64,000 bases of DNA from Chloroflexota bacterium (GCA_964291655.2 OZ219801.1:224001-288000); one strand, 5' to 3'; positions 50,915 to 61,500 are shown, counted from the stretch's first letter. The notes: a model not told the origin generated them from the sequence alone. Made by a program: numbers and translations.

Positions 50915-51484
50915 ATGTCGGAAAAAGCGCAGATGCAGCAGCTTTACGAAGGTGAAGTGCGACCGGCAATGGTCAAAGAGTTCGACTATGACTGCATTAT
51001 GCAGGTGCCGAAGATTACTAAGGTAGTAATAAACATCGGGCTCGGTGAAGCCTTGCTGGATGCCCGCGCTTTGGATAGTGCCGTAGGGGATCTTACGACG
51101 ATAGCCGGCCAAAAGCCCATTGTGACGCGGTCGAAGAAGAGCATTGCCAACTTTAAGCTGCGGGAAGACCAAGCAATTGGCGCGAAAGTTACCTTACGCC
51201 GTACCAGGATGTACCACTTTCTCGAGAAGCTATTCAATGTCGTCTTTCCGCGAATCCGCGACTTTCGAGGGGTGTCGCCCAACGCATTCGACGGCCGGGG
51301 CAACTACTCAGTTGGCCTCCGCGAACAGCTTGTGTTCCCGGAGATTGACTACGACAAAGTCGACCGTGTCCGCGGGTTGGAAATAACCATTGTCACATCA
51401 GCGCAGACCGACGAGGAATCTCGCTTCCTACTAGGGGCACTCGGCATGCCGCTAGCCCAGGAAGCCAGCCAATTAGCGAGCTAG
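50915..51484 (+). CDS. rplE: 50S ribosomal protein uL5
   Basis: [14 protein letters not shown] and FDGRGNY motifs. Confidence 0.98.
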   Translation: MSEKAQMQQLYEGEVRPAMVKEFDYDCIMQVPKITKVVINIGLGEALLDARALDSAVGDLTTIAGQKPIVTRSKKSIANFKLREDQAIGAKVTLRRTRMYHFLEKLFNVVFPRIRDFRGVSPNAFDGRGNYSVGLREQLVFPEIDYDKVDRVRGLEITIVTSAQTDEESRFLLGALGMPLAQEASQLAS

Positions 51485-51497
51485 GAGACGCAGTCCC

Positions 51498-51707
51498 GTG
51501 GCGAAGCAGTCCAAAATAGCCAAGTGGCGAAAACAGCGAAAATTGCTGGAACAAGGCCGTATGAAACATCCAGTGAAATTTCGCAACCGCTGCTATCAGT
51601 GCGGACGTCCTCGAGCCTACATGCGCAAGTTCGGGCTCTGCCGTATCTGCTTCCGGGGAGCAGCGCTACAGGGCTTGCTGCCTGGTGTCACGAAGTCAAG
51701 CTGGTAA
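51498..51707 (+). CDS. rpsN: 30S ribosomal protein uS14, zinc-binding (type Z)
   Basis: RC..CGRPR...FGLCRICFR and PGVTKSSW. Confidence 0.97.
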   Translation: MAKQSKIAKWRKQRKLLEQGRMKHPVKFRNRCYQCGRPRAYMRKFGLCRICFRGAALQGLLPGVTKSSW

Positions 51708-51731
51708 TACACAGGCGAGAGAAACCTTACC

Positions 51732-52133
51732 ATGACCATGACCGATCCCATTGCCGACATGCTAACGCGGATCCGCAACGCCATACAGGCGCGGCATACC
51801 CACGTTACTATTCCGGCATCTAAGATGAAGTCCGCAATCCTTGCCATCCTTGAAAAGGAAGGGTATATAGGTCAGTTTGAGGTTGTGGACCAACAGCATC
51901 CACAGGCCATGCTCAAGGTGAGTCTCAAGTATACTGACGAACGTGCGCCCGTGTTGCTTGGGTTGCGGCGGGTAAGCAAGCCCGGTCTTCGCGTATACGC
52001 AAGTAAGGATGAAATCCCACGTGTGATGGGCGGCATCGGCACCGTAATTCTATCGACTTCCTCAGGCGTCATGACCGGGCGAGAGGCCTGGCAGCGCAAA
52101 ATTGGCGGGGAAGTCCTCTGTTACGTCTGGTAA
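51732..52133 (+). CDS. rpsH: 30S ribosomal protein uS8
   Basis: [20 protein letters not shown] and GGEVLCYVW motifs. Confidence 0.98.
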   Translation: MTMTDPIADMLTRIRNAIQARHTHVTIPASKMKSAILAILEKEGYIGQFEVVDQQHPQAMLKVSLKYTDERAPVLLGLRRVSKPGLRVYASKDEIPRVMGGIGTVILSTSSGVMTGREAWQRKIGGEVLCYVW

Positions 52134-52144
52134 GGTAGGACTCA

Positions 52145-52696
52145 ATGTCTCGTGTTGGCCAACAACCAATCCCTATCCCGAGCGGCGTAGACGTCAACGT
52201 GCGTGCGTCCGACGTCCACGTAAAGGGACCCAAAGGCGAATTGCAGCTTGAGGCTGCGCCATCGATCAACGTGAAAGTTGACAATGGCTCGGTTCTTGTC
52301 GAACGATCGACGGAAAGCCGCGAAGTGCGCGCGCTGCACGGCCTGGTTCGCGCTCTCATTGCGAATATGGTGCAAGGTGTCACGCAGGGCTATCGAAAGA
52401 CGCTTGAGTTGCACGGAACCGGCTATCGCGCCCAACTTGCGGGCCGCAAACTGGTAATGCAACTCGGCCATTCACACCCTGATGAGTACTCGCCGCCGCA
52501 AGGTATAAACCTTGAGGTCGAAAACCCTACCACAATACACATTGAAGGCATTGACAAGAATCTGGTCGGGCAGGTTGCAGCGAATATTCGCGCTGCGCGG
52601 CCCGTGGAAGTCTACCTCGGTAAAGGCATTCGCTATCGCGGTGAGTACGTGCGCCGCAAAGCCGGTAAGGCCGGCAAGGTGGGCGCTGGCGAATAG
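52145..52696 (+). CDS. rplF: 50S ribosomal protein uL6
   Basis: SRVG, KGPKGEL and GKGIRY motifs. Confidence 0.98.
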   Translation: MSRVGQQPIPIPSGVDVNVRASDVHVKGPKGELQLEAAPSINVKVDNGSVLVERSTESREVRALHGLVRALIANMVQGVTQGYRKTLELHGTGYRAQLAGRKLVMQLGHSHPDEYSPPQGINLEVENPTTIHIEGIDKNLVGQVAANIRAARPVEVYLGKGIRYRGEYVRRKAGKAGKVGAGE

Positions 52697-52765
52697 CGGC
52701 AGCCAAACTGGGGCGGCTGAGAGCATACGGTACGTTTTGCAAGAACATTTGACTAGGAATTCGCT

Positions 52766-53143
52766 ATGCGGTTGATGCGAGGAAGAAAATCACTGAGCGC
52801 GCGGGCGCGACGGCAGCGCAGGATTCGCGCCAAGATAAGCGGTGTAGCAGATCGCCCGCGTCTAAATGTCTTTCGCAGTAACCAGCACATTTATGCCCAG
52901 GTGATCGACGATACTTCCCATCACACGCTTGTGGCAGCTTCCACGCTTGATCCCGCGGTGCGCGAGGCGCTTGAAGCGAAACAGGCTAAGCGAGCGCAGG
53001 CCGCTGAGGTCGGCCGTGTGGTGGCTGAACGAGCACGAGACCAAGGCATAGAAACGGTAGTCTTCGATCGTGGAGGATATCGATACCATGGCCGGGTACG
53101 TGCCCTTGCGGAAGCGGCCCGAGAAGCAGGACTAAAGTTCTAA
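52766..53143 (+). CDS. rplR: 50S ribosomal protein uL18
   Basis: [10 protein letters not shown] and [12 protein letters not shown] motifs. Confidence 0.98.
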   Translation: MRLMRGRKSLSARARRQRRIRAKISGVADRPRLNVFRSNQHIYAQVIDDTSHHTLVAASTLDPAVREALEAKQAKRAQAAEVGRVVAERARDQGIETVVFDRGGYRYHGRVRALAEAAREAGLKF

Positions 53144-53164
53144 TTGAGCGAGGCAAGGAATACT

Positions 53165-53755
53165 ATGCCAGAGAGCGTTTCCATCGATGCAGCGTCGTTG
53201 AATCTTGAAGAACGTCTCGTGAACGTCAACCGAGTCGCAAAGGTTGTGCGTGGCGGACGTACCTTTAGCTTTAACGCCGTGGTCGTGGTTGGCGACGGCG
53301 CCGGGCACGTTGGAATCGGCATTGGCAAGGCACGTGAAGTAGCGGAAGCAATCCGCAAAGGCGGAGAGAAAGCACGCAAAGCGCTCGTCCGCGTGCCGCT
53401 TGCAGGTACCACCATCCCCCATGACATCACCGCGAAATTCGGCGCCTCACGAGTCATGCTCAAACCTGCCGCGCCGGGTACCGGCGTGATTGCCGGCGGA
53501 CCGGTGCGCGCTGTCGTTGAGTCGGCAGGCGTACATGACATCCTTACCAAGTCGCTCGGTTCCAATAATGCAATCAATGTAGTGAAGGCAACGATGACGG
53601 CACTTGAGCAACTGCAGAGTCCGGATCAGGCATACTCACGGCTTGGCAGGCTCAGGTCCCCCCGACGGCGGCCGGCAGAAGAGGATACTATTTCCGCCCC
53701 CGCAGCCGTCGCCGTGGAACAAGCCGAAGAAGAGGACCAAGCAAATGGCGGCTAA
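53165..53755 (+). CDS. rpsE: 30S ribosomal protein uS5
   Basis: [11 protein letters not shown] and [12 protein letters not shown] motifs; start 53165 (or TTG 53144). Confidence 0.98.
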   Translation: MPESVSIDAASLNLEERLVNVNRVAKVVRGGRTFSFNAVVVVGDGAGHVGIGIGKAREVAEAIRKGGEKARKALVRVPLAGTTIPHDITAKFGASRVMLKPAAPGTGVIAGGPVRAVVESAGVHDILTKSLGSNNAINVVKATMTALEQLQSPDQAYSRLGRLRSPRRRPAEEDTISAPAAVAVEQAEEEDQANGG

Positions 53756-53948
53756 GCCGAATTCGTCGAAGACGCTGCTCGTCACGTTGCGTAAGAGCGC
53801 TATCGGGTTTTCGAAGGACCAGAAGCAGACGGTAGCGGCCCTGGGGCTAACTAAACGAGAACAAACGGTTGAGCATAACGAGACACCGGCCGTGCGCGGG
53901 ATGATCAGGAAAGTCGCTCATCTCGTAGACGTCGAGGAAGCCTCGTAG
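53745..53948 (+). CDS. rpmD: 50S ribosomal protein uL30
   Basis: VTLRKSAIG...ALGL...[11 protein letters not shown]; ATG 53745. Confidence 0.95.
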   Translation: MAAKPNSSKTLLVTLRKSAIGFSKDQKQTVAALGLTKREQTVEHNETPAVRGMIRKVAHLVDVEEAS

Positions 53949-53994
53949 ACGTCGGGGGAGTCCCCGTAGTCGTCGAGGAAACTGCGTAGACCTC
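53922..53994. repeat. Degenerate ~20-bp tandem repeat spanning the rpmD stop codon
   Basis: ctcgtagacgtcgaggaagc / ctcgtagacgtcgggggagtc / cccgtagtcgtcgaggaaac / tgcgtagacctc. Confidence 0.8.
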
Positions 53995-54022
53995 TAAACG
54001 AACAGAACAGGACCAGACTCGC

Positions 54023-54466
54023 ATGGAAAAACATGCGCTCCGCTCGCCAGCCGGCGCAAATCAACGGCGCAAGCGCGTCGCGCGCGGTCATGGCGGACGC
54101 GGACACAAAACCGCCGGGCGCGGCACTAAGGGTCAGAAGTCGCGTTCCCATGCCGGAATCCCCGCGTGGTTCGAAGGCGGCCAGACGCCGTTTGTCAGAC
54201 GCTTGCCCCATCGTCGCGGGTTCAGCAATGCGCGTTTCCGCGTCGTTTATCAACCAGTCAATGTCGGCGACCTCGCACGTGCCTTCGCGGCCGGAGCTAC
54301 CATTTCTCCCGCAGATATGGTGGCGCAAGGCCTTGCCCGCTCCACGCAAGTCAAGGTACTTGGCGACGGCGAGATAACCCATCAACTTACCGTGCAGGCC
54401 CCCAGATGTTCCCAGGCCGCACGCGCTAAGATTGAGGCAGCTGGCGGCTCTGTAACGGAAGGGTAG
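54023..54466 (+). CDS. rplO: 50S ribosomal protein uL15
   Basis: GRGTKGQKSR, FEGGQTP and KIEAAGG motifs. Confidence 0.98.
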   Translation: MEKHALRSPAGANQRRKRVARGHGGRGHKTAGRGTKGQKSRSHAGIPAWFEGGQTPFVRRLPHRRGFSNARFRVVYQPVNVGDLARAFAAGATISPADMVAQGLARSTQVKVLGDGEITHQLTVQAPRCSQAARAKIEAAGGSVTEG

Positions 54467-54472
54467 CGCCGC

Positions 54473-55810
54473 ATGGCTGTATCAACCCCTTCACAAAAAT
54501 CTCCGTCCCTGATTCAAGCTGCCTACAACGCATTCAAGCTTCCCGATATTCGGCGCAAGCTGCTGTTCACGTTGGGCCTGCTCACCGTCTTTCGCTTCGC
54601 CGCGCACATCCCCGTGCCAGGTGTCGATCGACAAGCCCTAAGGGAACTTTTCCAGCAGCAACAGTTCCTTGGTCTGCTCGACATGTTTTCCGGAGGAGCC
54701 CTAGCGAACTTTTCCATCGTGGCAATGGGCGTGTACCCGTACATTACCGCGACCATCATCATGCAGCTCATGACTCCGGTAATTCCCCAACTCCAGGCTC
54801 TTTCGCGGGAAGGGGGTGAAAGCGGCCGCGCCCGCATGAATCAATACATGCGTATTGGAACCGTGCCGCTGGCCGTGCTTTCCTCATTCGGACAGGCGAC
54901 AATTTTTACCCAAATGGGCGTCATCCGCGGCTTCAATCTCTTCAACGGCCCGACATTCCTCAGCAGCCTCGCCCTCATCATTAGCATGACCGCAGGGACC
55001 ATGTTTCTCGTTTGGCTGGGCGAACTCATTACGGAGAACGGCATCGGTCAAGGCATTTCGCTCATTATCTTTGCCGGCATTGTTGCACGGTTACCCACCA
55101 CCATTGGACAAGCCATATTCGGCCAGACCGGCGGCACTGCGACACTGAGTCTCTTCATCATTGGCGCTCTTGCCATCCTCATTGTGGTCGGCATCGTTGT
55201 CATGTATGAAGCGCAGCGGCGGATCCCCGTACACTATGCCAAGCGTATGCACGGGCGGCGCCAATATGGTGGGCAAACGACCCACATTCCGCTCAAGATC
55301 AATTCCGCAGGCATGATTCCTTTGATCTTCGCCATCTCCTTCCTGATCTTTCCCAGCACGGTGGCCAGCTACTTCCAGGCGGCAGACGCCGGCTGGATAC
55401 GAAGCGTTGCATCCTTTGTCATTCGGGCCTTTGATCCGCAGGCTCCCCTCTACTGGACTCTCTACTTCATACTTGTCGTTGCCTTTACATTCTTCTACAC
55501 CGCCATCATCTTTCAGCAACAGAACATCCCTGAGGTCCTGCAAAAGAACGGCGGATTCATACCGGGCATTCGGCCCGGGAGGCCAACGGCCCAATACCTC
55601 AATAGCGTCATCTTTCGGATTACTCTCGCCGGTGCCTTCTTTCTCGGCCTTATCGCGGTGTCGCCGTTCCTCATTCAGGGTCTTACCGGCGTGCAGGCAC
55701 TCATTTTGAGCAGTACCGGCATGCTGATCGTCGTGGGCGTCGTGCAAGATACCATGAAGAATCTCGAGGCCCAGTTGCTCATGCGTCAGTATGAAGGGTT
55801 CTTGCGCTAG
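54473..55810 (+). CDS. secY: Preprotein translocase subunit SecY
   Basis: HIPVPG, MGVYPYITA, WLGELITENGIG and GGFIPGIRPG motifs. Confidence 0.99.
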   Translation: MAVSTPSQKSPSLIQAAYNAFKLPDIRRKLLFTLGLLTVFRFAAHIPVPGVDRQALRELFQQQQFLGLLDMFSGGALANFSIVAMGVYPYITATIIMQLMTPVIPQLQALSREGGESGRARMNQYMRIGTVPLAVLSSFGQATIFTQMGVIRGFNLFNGPTFLSSLALIISMTAGTMFLVWLGELITENGIGQGISLIIFAGIVARLPTTIGQAIFGQTGGTATLSLFIIGALAILIVVGIVVMYEAQRRIPVHYAKRMHGRRQYGGQTTHIPLKINSAGMIPLIFAISFLIFPSTVASYFQAADAGWIRSVASFVIRAFDPQAPLYWTLYFILVVAFTFFYTAIIFQQQNIPEVLQKNGGFIPGIRPGRPTAQYLNSVIFRITLAGAFFLGLIAVSPFLIQGLTGVQALILSSTGMLIVVGVVQDTMKNLEAQLLMRQYEGFLR

Positions 55811-56568
55811 TGCCGAAATTAACTTCGTCAAAAACGCAGACCACGTCGCAGGCGGAGACGACGTCGGAGATGCAGACTTCGTCACAGACCTCGAACCTCA
55901 TTCTGCTGGGGCCACCGGGCGCGGGCAAAGGCACGCAAGCGCTGGCTCTCGCCAAGAATCTCGGCCTGCGGCACATCTCCACGGGTGAGCTCTTTCGGCA
56001 ACACATGCAAAAGGAAACCGCCTTCGGTGTGCAGGCGAGAGTCTATTACGACAAGGGCGAATATGTCCCGGATCACCTCGTCATTGCGATGGTCAGTGAA
56101 GAGCTGGCAAACCTAAACTCTGCGAAAGGCATGGTGCTGGACGGCTTTCCCCGGACCGTAGCTCAAGCCGAAGCGCTTGATGCAACACTTGCGGAAATCG
56201 GCCGACAGATCGACGTGGCTATTGTGCTTGACAGCGATACGGACCAGATTGTGGAGAGGGCCCAAGGCCGACGCATTTGTCCGGAAGGCCACACCTATCA
56301 CACGGTCAAGAACCCACCAAGCGTTGCCGACCGCTGCGATGTAGACGGCCTTCCTCTCCGTCAGCGCGTCGATGACCGCCCTGACACGGTGCGCCGGCGG
56401 ATTGACACGTACCACACCCAGACCAAGCCATTGCTGGCTTTCTACGCTGAGAGGCAACTCTTGCGAAGCGTAGACGGCAGTGGGGCCATCAGGGACGTAA
56501 CTGGGAAGATTGAGAGCGTATTAGACGATGTTGCGAGTATTGACAATAGCAGCACACAGATGGTGTAG
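55810..56568 (+). CDS. adk: Adenylate kinase with repetitive Ser/Thr-rich N-terminal extension
   Basis: GPPGAGKGTQ, HISTG, LDGFPRT and LID domain; start GTG 55810 or ATG 55870. Confidence 0.96.
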   Translation: MPKLTSSKTQTTSQAETTSEMQTSSQTSNLILLGPPGAGKGTQALALAKNLGLRHISTGELFRQHMQKETAFGVQARVYYDKGEYVPDHLVIAMVSEELANLNSAKGMVLDGFPRTVAQAEALDATLAEIGRQIDVAIVLDSDTDQIVERAQGRRICPEGHTYHTVKNPPSVADRCDVDGLPLRQRVDDRPDTVRRRIDTYHTQTKPLLAFYAERQLLRSVDGSGAIRDVTGKIESVLDDVASIDNSSTQMV

Positions 56569-56571
56569 CGG

Positions 56572-57336
56572 GTGCAGATGACGCGAGCGATACAGCTAAA
56601 GACCCCGCGACAGTTGCGTTTCATGCGCCAAGCGGGTAAGATAGTAGCAGAAGTCCTTGCGCTCCTCGGCGAGCATACTGTGCCCGGCGCAACCACGGCA
56701 GAGTTGGACGCGCTGGCAGAAGCCGAGATAAAGAAGCGCGGGGCTGTGCCGTCTTTCAAGGGGTATCACGGCTTTCCTTGTACGATTTGTGCGTCGGTAA
56801 ATGAGCAAGTAGTGCACGGTATCCCAAGCGGGTACCGTTTGAATGAAGGCGACATTCTAAGTATCGATGTAGGCGCCATCTACAAAGGATGGCACGGCGA
56901 TGCAGCGGTCACGTACGCGGTCGGCCGAGCGAATGCACAGGCGGAACGCGTGATGAGCGCAACGAAAGAGGCACTGCAACGCGGCATTGCGGCAGCGGTG
57001 CCGGACAATCACCTTGGAGACATTGGGTTCGCCATTCAATCGTGGGTGGAGGCGCAAGGGCTTGCCGTAATTCGAGACTTTGTTGGACATGGCATCGGAA
57101 AAGTAATGCACGAGGCCCCGCAAGTGCCAAACTTTGGTGAGGCAGGTGCAGGGGTCAAATTACTGCCCGGCATGACCATTGCCATCGAGCCAATGGTGTC
57201 TGTCGGGGATTGGCGGGTTAAGGTGCTCGACGATGGGTGGACCGCAGTGACCGCGGATGGAAGTCTCTCCGCCCACTACGAGCATTCTATCGTCATTACA
57301 GATGACGGGCCGGAAATACTTACGAGAGTTGCGTAG
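56572..57336 (+). CDS. map: Methionine aminopeptidase type I
   Basis: CASVNEQVVHGIP, GWHGD, GHGIG..MHE, AIEPM and SAHYEH motifs. Confidence 0.97.
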   Translation: MQMTRAIQLKTPRQLRFMRQAGKIVAEVLALLGEHTVPGATTAELDALAEAEIKKRGAVPSFKGYHGFPCTICASVNEQVVHGIPSGYRLNEGDILSIDVGAIYKGWHGDAAVTYAVGRANAQAERVMSATKEALQRGIAAAVPDNHLGDIGFAIQSWVEAQGLAVIRDFVGHGIGKVMHEAPQVPNFGEAGAGVKLLPGMTIAIEPMVSVGDWRVKVLDDGWTAVTADGSLSAHYEHSIVITDDGPEILTRVA

Positions 57337-57348
57337 ACGGAGAACGCG

Positions 57349-57573
57349 GTGCCAAAGAAGAAAGACACGATAGAAATCGAGGGCGTTGTGCAAGATGTCC
57401 TTCCCAACGCAGTGTTTCGTGTCGAACTGGACAACGGGCATGAAGTTACGGCACATCTTTCCGGAAAGCTAAGACTTAACTTTATTCGCGTAGGCGCGGG
57501 CGATCGCGTTACGGTGGAGTTATCGCCGTACGATCTGACCCGTGGCAGGATTACTTGGCGAGGGAGGAGGTAG
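57349..57573 (+). CDS. infA: Translation initiation factor IF-1
   Basis: [16 protein letters not shown] and [12 protein letters not shown] motifs. Confidence 0.98.
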   Translation: MPKKKDTIEIEGVVQDVLPNAVFRVELDNGHEVTAHLSGKLRLNFIRVGAGDRVTVELSPYDLTRGRITWRGRR

Positions 57574-57578
57574 TTCGC

Positions 57579-57692
57579 ATGAAGGTGCAGGCGTCCGTCA
57601 AGCGGCGCTGTGAGCAGTGCAAGGTGGTGCGACGTAAGAGGGTCGTCCGTATCATTTGCACGAATCCTCGCCATAAACAACGACAGGGATAA
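57579..57692 (+). CDS. rpmJ: 50S ribosomal protein bL36 (not in ORF track)
   Basis: Manual translation [37 protein letters not shown]; RBS ggaggagg. Confidence 0.97.
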   Translation: MKVQASVKRRCEQCKVVRRKRVVRIICTNPRHKQRQG

Positions 57693-57744
57693 CCGGAATA
57701 CTGCAAATCGAAGTGGGCCGGGCATCGTTCACAGGAGGAGCAGC

Positions 57745-58128
57745 ATGGCACGAATTGTGGGAGTAGACCTGCCACGAGAGAAGCACATCTGGGTAGGGCT
57801 TACGTACATCTACGGCATCGGCCGTACGACGTCACACAGGATTCTGGATAAAGCCCAAGTGATGCCGGACACGAAGGTGCAGGATCTCACGGAAGATGAG
57901 GTTAACCGCATTCGCGAGGTAATCACCGCAAACCACATTGTGGAAGGCGATCTCCGCCGCGAAGTGCAGCAAAATATCGGGCGGCTCATAGAAATCGGGT
58001 GTTACCGTGGCATGCGCCATCGACGGGGCCTGCCAGCTCACGGTCAACGCACGCGGACAAATGCCCGAACACGCAAGGGTCGGCCCAAGACTGTCGCCGG
58101 CCGCAAGCGTGCAATCATGAAGAAGTAG
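57745..58128 (+). CDS. rpsM: 30S ribosomal protein uS13
   Basis: [15 protein letters not shown] and [13 protein letters not shown] motifs; RBS aggagg. Confidence 0.98.
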   Translation: MARIVGVDLPREKHIWVGLTYIYGIGRTTSHRILDKAQVMPDTKVQDLTEDEVNRIREVITANHIVEGDLRREVQQNIGRLIEIGCYRGMRHRRGLPAHGQRTRTNARTRKGRPKTVAGRKRAIMKK

Positions 58129-58148
58129 CTTACGTAGGGGTATAGGTA

Positions 58149-58538
58149 ATGCCGGAAACACGCTCACGTCCACGCAGGCGCGAAAGACGCACCGTAGCAC
58201 GCGGCAAGGCGTTTGTTCAGTCCACGTTCAACAATACGCTCATTACAATCACCGATATGAACGGGAACACCCTGTGCTGGGCAAGTTCAGGATCGGCCGG
58301 CTTCAAGGGATCCCGCAAGGGCACACCGTATGCCGCCCAGGTTGCAGCGGAAACAGTAGCCCGCAAGGCAGCCGACTTTGGCATGGGGCAGGTGGAAGTC
58401 TCCCTCAAGGGCCCGGGATCCGGGCGGGAGTCTGCAGTCCGATCGCTGCAAGCGGGTGGGTTGCAGGTGATGAGCATTACCGACGTAACACCCGTTCCGC
58501 ACAACGGCCCACGCCCGCCCCGGCGTAGGCGCGTGTAG
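58149..58538 (+). CDS. rpsK: 30S ribosomal protein uS11
   Basis: STFNNT, GPGSGRE and DVTPVPHNG motifs. Confidence 0.98.
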   Translation: MPETRSRPRRRERRTVARGKAFVQSTFNNTLITITDMNGNTLCWASSGSAGFKGSRKGTPYAAQVAAETVARKAADFGMGQVEVSLKGPGSGRESAVRSLQAGGLQVMSITDVTPVPHNGPRPPRRRRV

Positions 58539-58565
58539 TTAGTACAGGAGTTCTGAGGAGAGGAT

Positions 58566-59195
58566 ATGGCACGTTATGTTGGCCCCGTGTGTCGGCTGTG
58601 CCGCCGGGAAGGGCAAAAGCTATTCCTAAAAGGCGACAAGTGCTTCACACCGAAGTGCCCGATTGAAAAACGGAGGAATCCCCCGGGAATGCACGGAGGA
58701 ATGCGACGCAGGCTGTCTGACTACGGCTTGCGCTTGCGGGAGAAGCAAAAGGCACGGCGCATGTATGGCATATTCGAGCGCCAGTTTCGCAAGTATTTCG
58801 AGCTTGCCACGTCGCGCCCGGGCGTAACGGGGTCTACTCTCCTTCAGTTGCTCGAGAGTCGGCTGGACAATGTCGTGTATCGACTTGGCTTCGCTTCGTC
58901 TCGCGCTGCGGCACGGCAGATTGTGTGCCACGGTCACTTTGCGCTCAACGGCCGCAAGTGCGATATACCCTCGGCGCTCATTGGAGAAGGTGACGTGGTC
59001 GGCGTCAGTACAGGTAGCCGCAATAATGAATACTTCAAGATCGCCGCGGAACGCCTGGATTCGGTAGCAGTGCCGAATTGGCTCTCCCTCGACCGCGAGA
59101 AGCTAGAGGGCAAAGTGCTTTCCTTGCCGACACGCCAAGAAATCGATGCTGACCTTAACGAACAATTGATCGTTGAGTATTACTCACGGCGATAG
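58566..59195 (+). CDS. rpsD: 30S ribosomal protein uS4 (Zn-ribbon type)
   Basis: [27 protein letters not shown] and IVEYYSR motifs. Confidence 0.98.
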   Translation: MARYVGPVCRLCRREGQKLFLKGDKCFTPKCPIEKRRNPPGMHGGMRRRLSDYGLRLREKQKARRMYGIFERQFRKYFELATSRPGVTGSTLLQLLESRLDNVVYRLGFASSRAAARQIVCHGHFALNGRKCDIPSALIGEGDVVGVSTGSRNNEYFKIAAERLDSVAVPNWLSLDREKLEGKVLSLPTRQEIDADLNEQLIVEYYSRR

Positions 59196-59282
59196 GTTGG
59201 CCGCACCATTCAAGTGCGCCGGCACTTTGGGCCGCACAACGCAAAGTCACGAGCATATCTGTGTATTGGGAGGTAATTCCCA

Positions 59283-60248
59283 TTGGAACTGCAGGAAGTT
59301 CAACCAGAAGTCAGAGTTATTGAAAGTGAAGAGAATTACGGCCATTTTCGCATTGAGCCGCTAAAACGTGGGTATGGCCACACGTTGGGCAATGCGATGC
59401 GACGGGTGCTCCTTTCATCGCTTCCCGGCGCTGCAATATCGTCCATCCGGATTACGGGAGTTCTTCACGAATTCGCTGACATTCCCGATGTGACCGAAGA
59501 TGTCACGCAAATTATTTTGAACATCAAACGCATCCGGTTGACATCCTCGGCCGATGTTCCTATTGATCTCTACCTATCCGTCAACCGCGAAGGCATTGTG
59601 ACAGCCTCTGATATCCAGTGTCCGCCTGAGGTCAATATTGTTAATCCTGATCAGTTGATTGCGACATTGGATTCCGATAGCGCCGAATTGGAGATGAATT
59701 TGACGGTAGAACAAGGTATCGGATTTACGCTTTCCAATACACAGGAAGATACACCGATCGGTGTCGTGCCCGTAGATGCGATCTTCACGCCAATCCGGCG
59801 GGTAGAATACCGCGTGGAGCACGCCCGCGTCGGTCAGGTGACTGACTTGGACGCACTCATCCTCCGCGTGTGGACTGATGGCACGCTCACCCCGGAAACG
59901 GCGCTGGGTCAGAGTGGGCAGATACTGTGCGACTACTTCTCGCTCATCCGCGACTTCCATCCCCTCGCGCAACGCATAGAAGTTGGCATCGCGCGCCCGG
60001 ATCCAATTACATCGACGCCGCTTGAATCCTTGCAATTGCAAAATCGCGCCTACAACGCCCTGCGGCGCGGCGGCATAAGTACCGTAGAACAGCTGCTCGC
60101 CATGGATGAAGATAACCTTTTGAATATTCAGGGGCTGGGCGCAAAGACGTTGTCCGAGGTCAAAGAGAGACTGGCACAGAGCGACCTCTTCCTAACGGAA
60201 TCAAATGGTACAGGCAGTGCCGAGGAAGTAGAGGAGGTGCCCGTGTGA
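59283..60248 (+). CDS. rpoA: RNA polymerase alpha subunit
   Basis: EPLKRGYGHTLGN, LHEF, DAIFTP and alpha-CTD RAYNAL; TTG start with ggaggt. Confidence 0.98.
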   Translation: MELQEVQPEVRVIESEENYGHFRIEPLKRGYGHTLGNAMRRVLLSSLPGAAISSIRITGVLHEFADIPDVTEDVTQIILNIKRIRLTSSADVPIDLYLSVNREGIVTASDIQCPPEVNIVNPDQLIATLDSDSAELEMNLTVEQGIGFTLSNTQEDTPIGVVPVDAIFTPIRRVEYRVEHARVGQVTDLDALILRVWTDGTLTPETALGQSGQILCDYFSLIRDFHPLAQRIEVGIARPDPITSTPLESLQLQNRAYNALRRGGISTVEQLLAMDEDNLLNIQGLGAKTLSEVKERLAQSDLFLTESNGTGSAEEVEEVPV

Positions 60249-60598
60249 GAAAGAGAATGTATGTTCGCAGGTTAAACCGGGATAAAGGCAAGCGGGAATC
60301 ACTTTGCCGAAACTTGCTTGGCACCCTTGTGCTGAACGGCGAGGTGCACACGACGACAGCACGTGCCAAAGAGATACGCTCACGCGTGGAGCGGCTGATC
60401 ACTCTCGCGAAGCGCGGCGATCTGCATGCCCGGCGACAAGCGCTCTCACGTCTTCCCCACCAAGAGGCGGTGCATCATCTTTTTGAAGAACTCGGACCCC
60501 GCTATGCCGACAGGCCGGGCGGGTATACGCGTGCCTTGCGGCTTGGCACCCGCCGGGGCGATGGCGCGCCTATAATGATGGTCCAGTTGGTGGAGTAG
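60245..60598 (+). CDS. rplQ: 50S ribosomal protein bL17
   Basis: TTTARAKE, LITLAK, RPGGYTR and RRGDGA motifs. Confidence 0.97.
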   Translation: MRKRMYVRRLNRDKGKRESLCRNLLGTLVLNGEVHTTTARAKEIRSRVERLITLAKRGDLHARRQALSRLPHQEAVHHLFEELGPRYADRPGGYTRALRLGTRRGDGAPIMMVQLVE

Positions 60599-60616
60599 CG
60601 TCGGAGATAACCGGAC

Positions 60617-60653
60617 ACGGGGAAACCCCGTAGCCGCTCACATCATGTAGAAT
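60617..60653 (+). promoter_or_regulatory. Hairpin plus possible -10 box upstream of truA
   Basis: acgggg-aaa-ccccgt (60617-60631); TAGAAT at 60648-60653. Confidence 0.35.
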
Positions 60654-60697
60654 AGGCAAGCAGCAAACGAAAGGGCAGAGGTAAGAAGGGAACCAGT

Positions 60698-61486
60698 ATT
60701 GGCGCTCGTATAGCGGCAAATGACACCGCTACGTACCGCTGCCGCGTTGCCTATGACGGCACACCATACCATGGGTTTCAAGTGCAGGTTGGCAAGCCAA
60801 CCGTACAGGAGGAACTGGAGAAGGCAATTGGGCGCATCACACGGCAGTCAACCCGGGTGGTGGCCGCAGGTCGAACGGATGCCGGCGTGCACGCCACGGG
60901 ACAGGTCATTCACTTTCGATCGGACTGGCAACACACGCCCGCAGAACTTGAGCGGGCACTGAACGCGGTCTTGCCGGAAACGATAGCCGTAGCCGAGTTA
61001 GAATATGCCGAACCGGGGTTTCATGCCCGTTACAGCGCAAAGAGCAGGTGCTACCGATACGACATCTTGAATAGTGTGACCCGGTCTCCTATCCGGCACC
61101 GATTCGCTCTCCATCACAGAAGACCGCTGGATGTCGAAGCAATGCATCTAGCTCTGCAGAGTCTGGTCGGAACGCATGATTTTCAGGCTCTTGCCGGGGG
61201 AGAAGACCCAGACGCGAGCACCGTACGAAGCCTGACCCGTGCCACGTGCCGCCGTTGCGAAGATACCGTGCGCATTCTAGTGGAAGCAAATGCGTTCTTA
61301 CGCCACATGGTGCGGCGAATTGTTGGGACCGCGTTGGAAATTGGTGAAGGTCGCAAGCCGACTGAACATATGGAACGAGTACTGACTGCAAGAGACAAGG
61401 CACTGGCAGGGCCGACAGCTCCCGCCAAAGGGCTATTCTTGATCCGGGTAACCTACCCGGACACATTTGCCCTAATGAGGAAGTAA
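60698..61486 (+). CDS. truA: tRNA pseudouridine(38-40) synthase; start non-canonical or frameshifted
   Basis: [16 protein letters not shown] lies upstream of the first in-frame GTG (60782); [17 protein letters not shown] and FLRHMVR motifs. Confidence 0.93.
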   Translation: MGARIAANDTATYRCRVAYDGTPYHGFQVQVGKPTVQEELEKAIGRITRQSTRVVAAGRTDAGVHATGQVIHFRSDWQHTPAELERALNAVLPETIAVAELEYAEPGFHARYSAKSRCYRYDILNSVTRSPIRHRFALHHRRPLDVEAMHLALQSLVGTHDFQALAGGEDPDASTVRSLTRATCRRCEDTVRILVEANAFLRHMVRRIVGTALEIGEGRKPTEHMERVLTARDKALAGPTAPAKGLFLIRVTYPDTFALMRK

Positions 61487-61500
61487 GAGGACACACAGAC

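Noticed and set aside
53922-53994. Possible CRISPR-like repeat array
   Set aside because: Units are contiguous without unique spacers and are degenerate.
57610-57744. Apparent 45-aa N-terminal extension of uS13 in the ORF track
   Set aside because: It overlaps rpmJ; the true start is ATG 57745 with a strong RBS.
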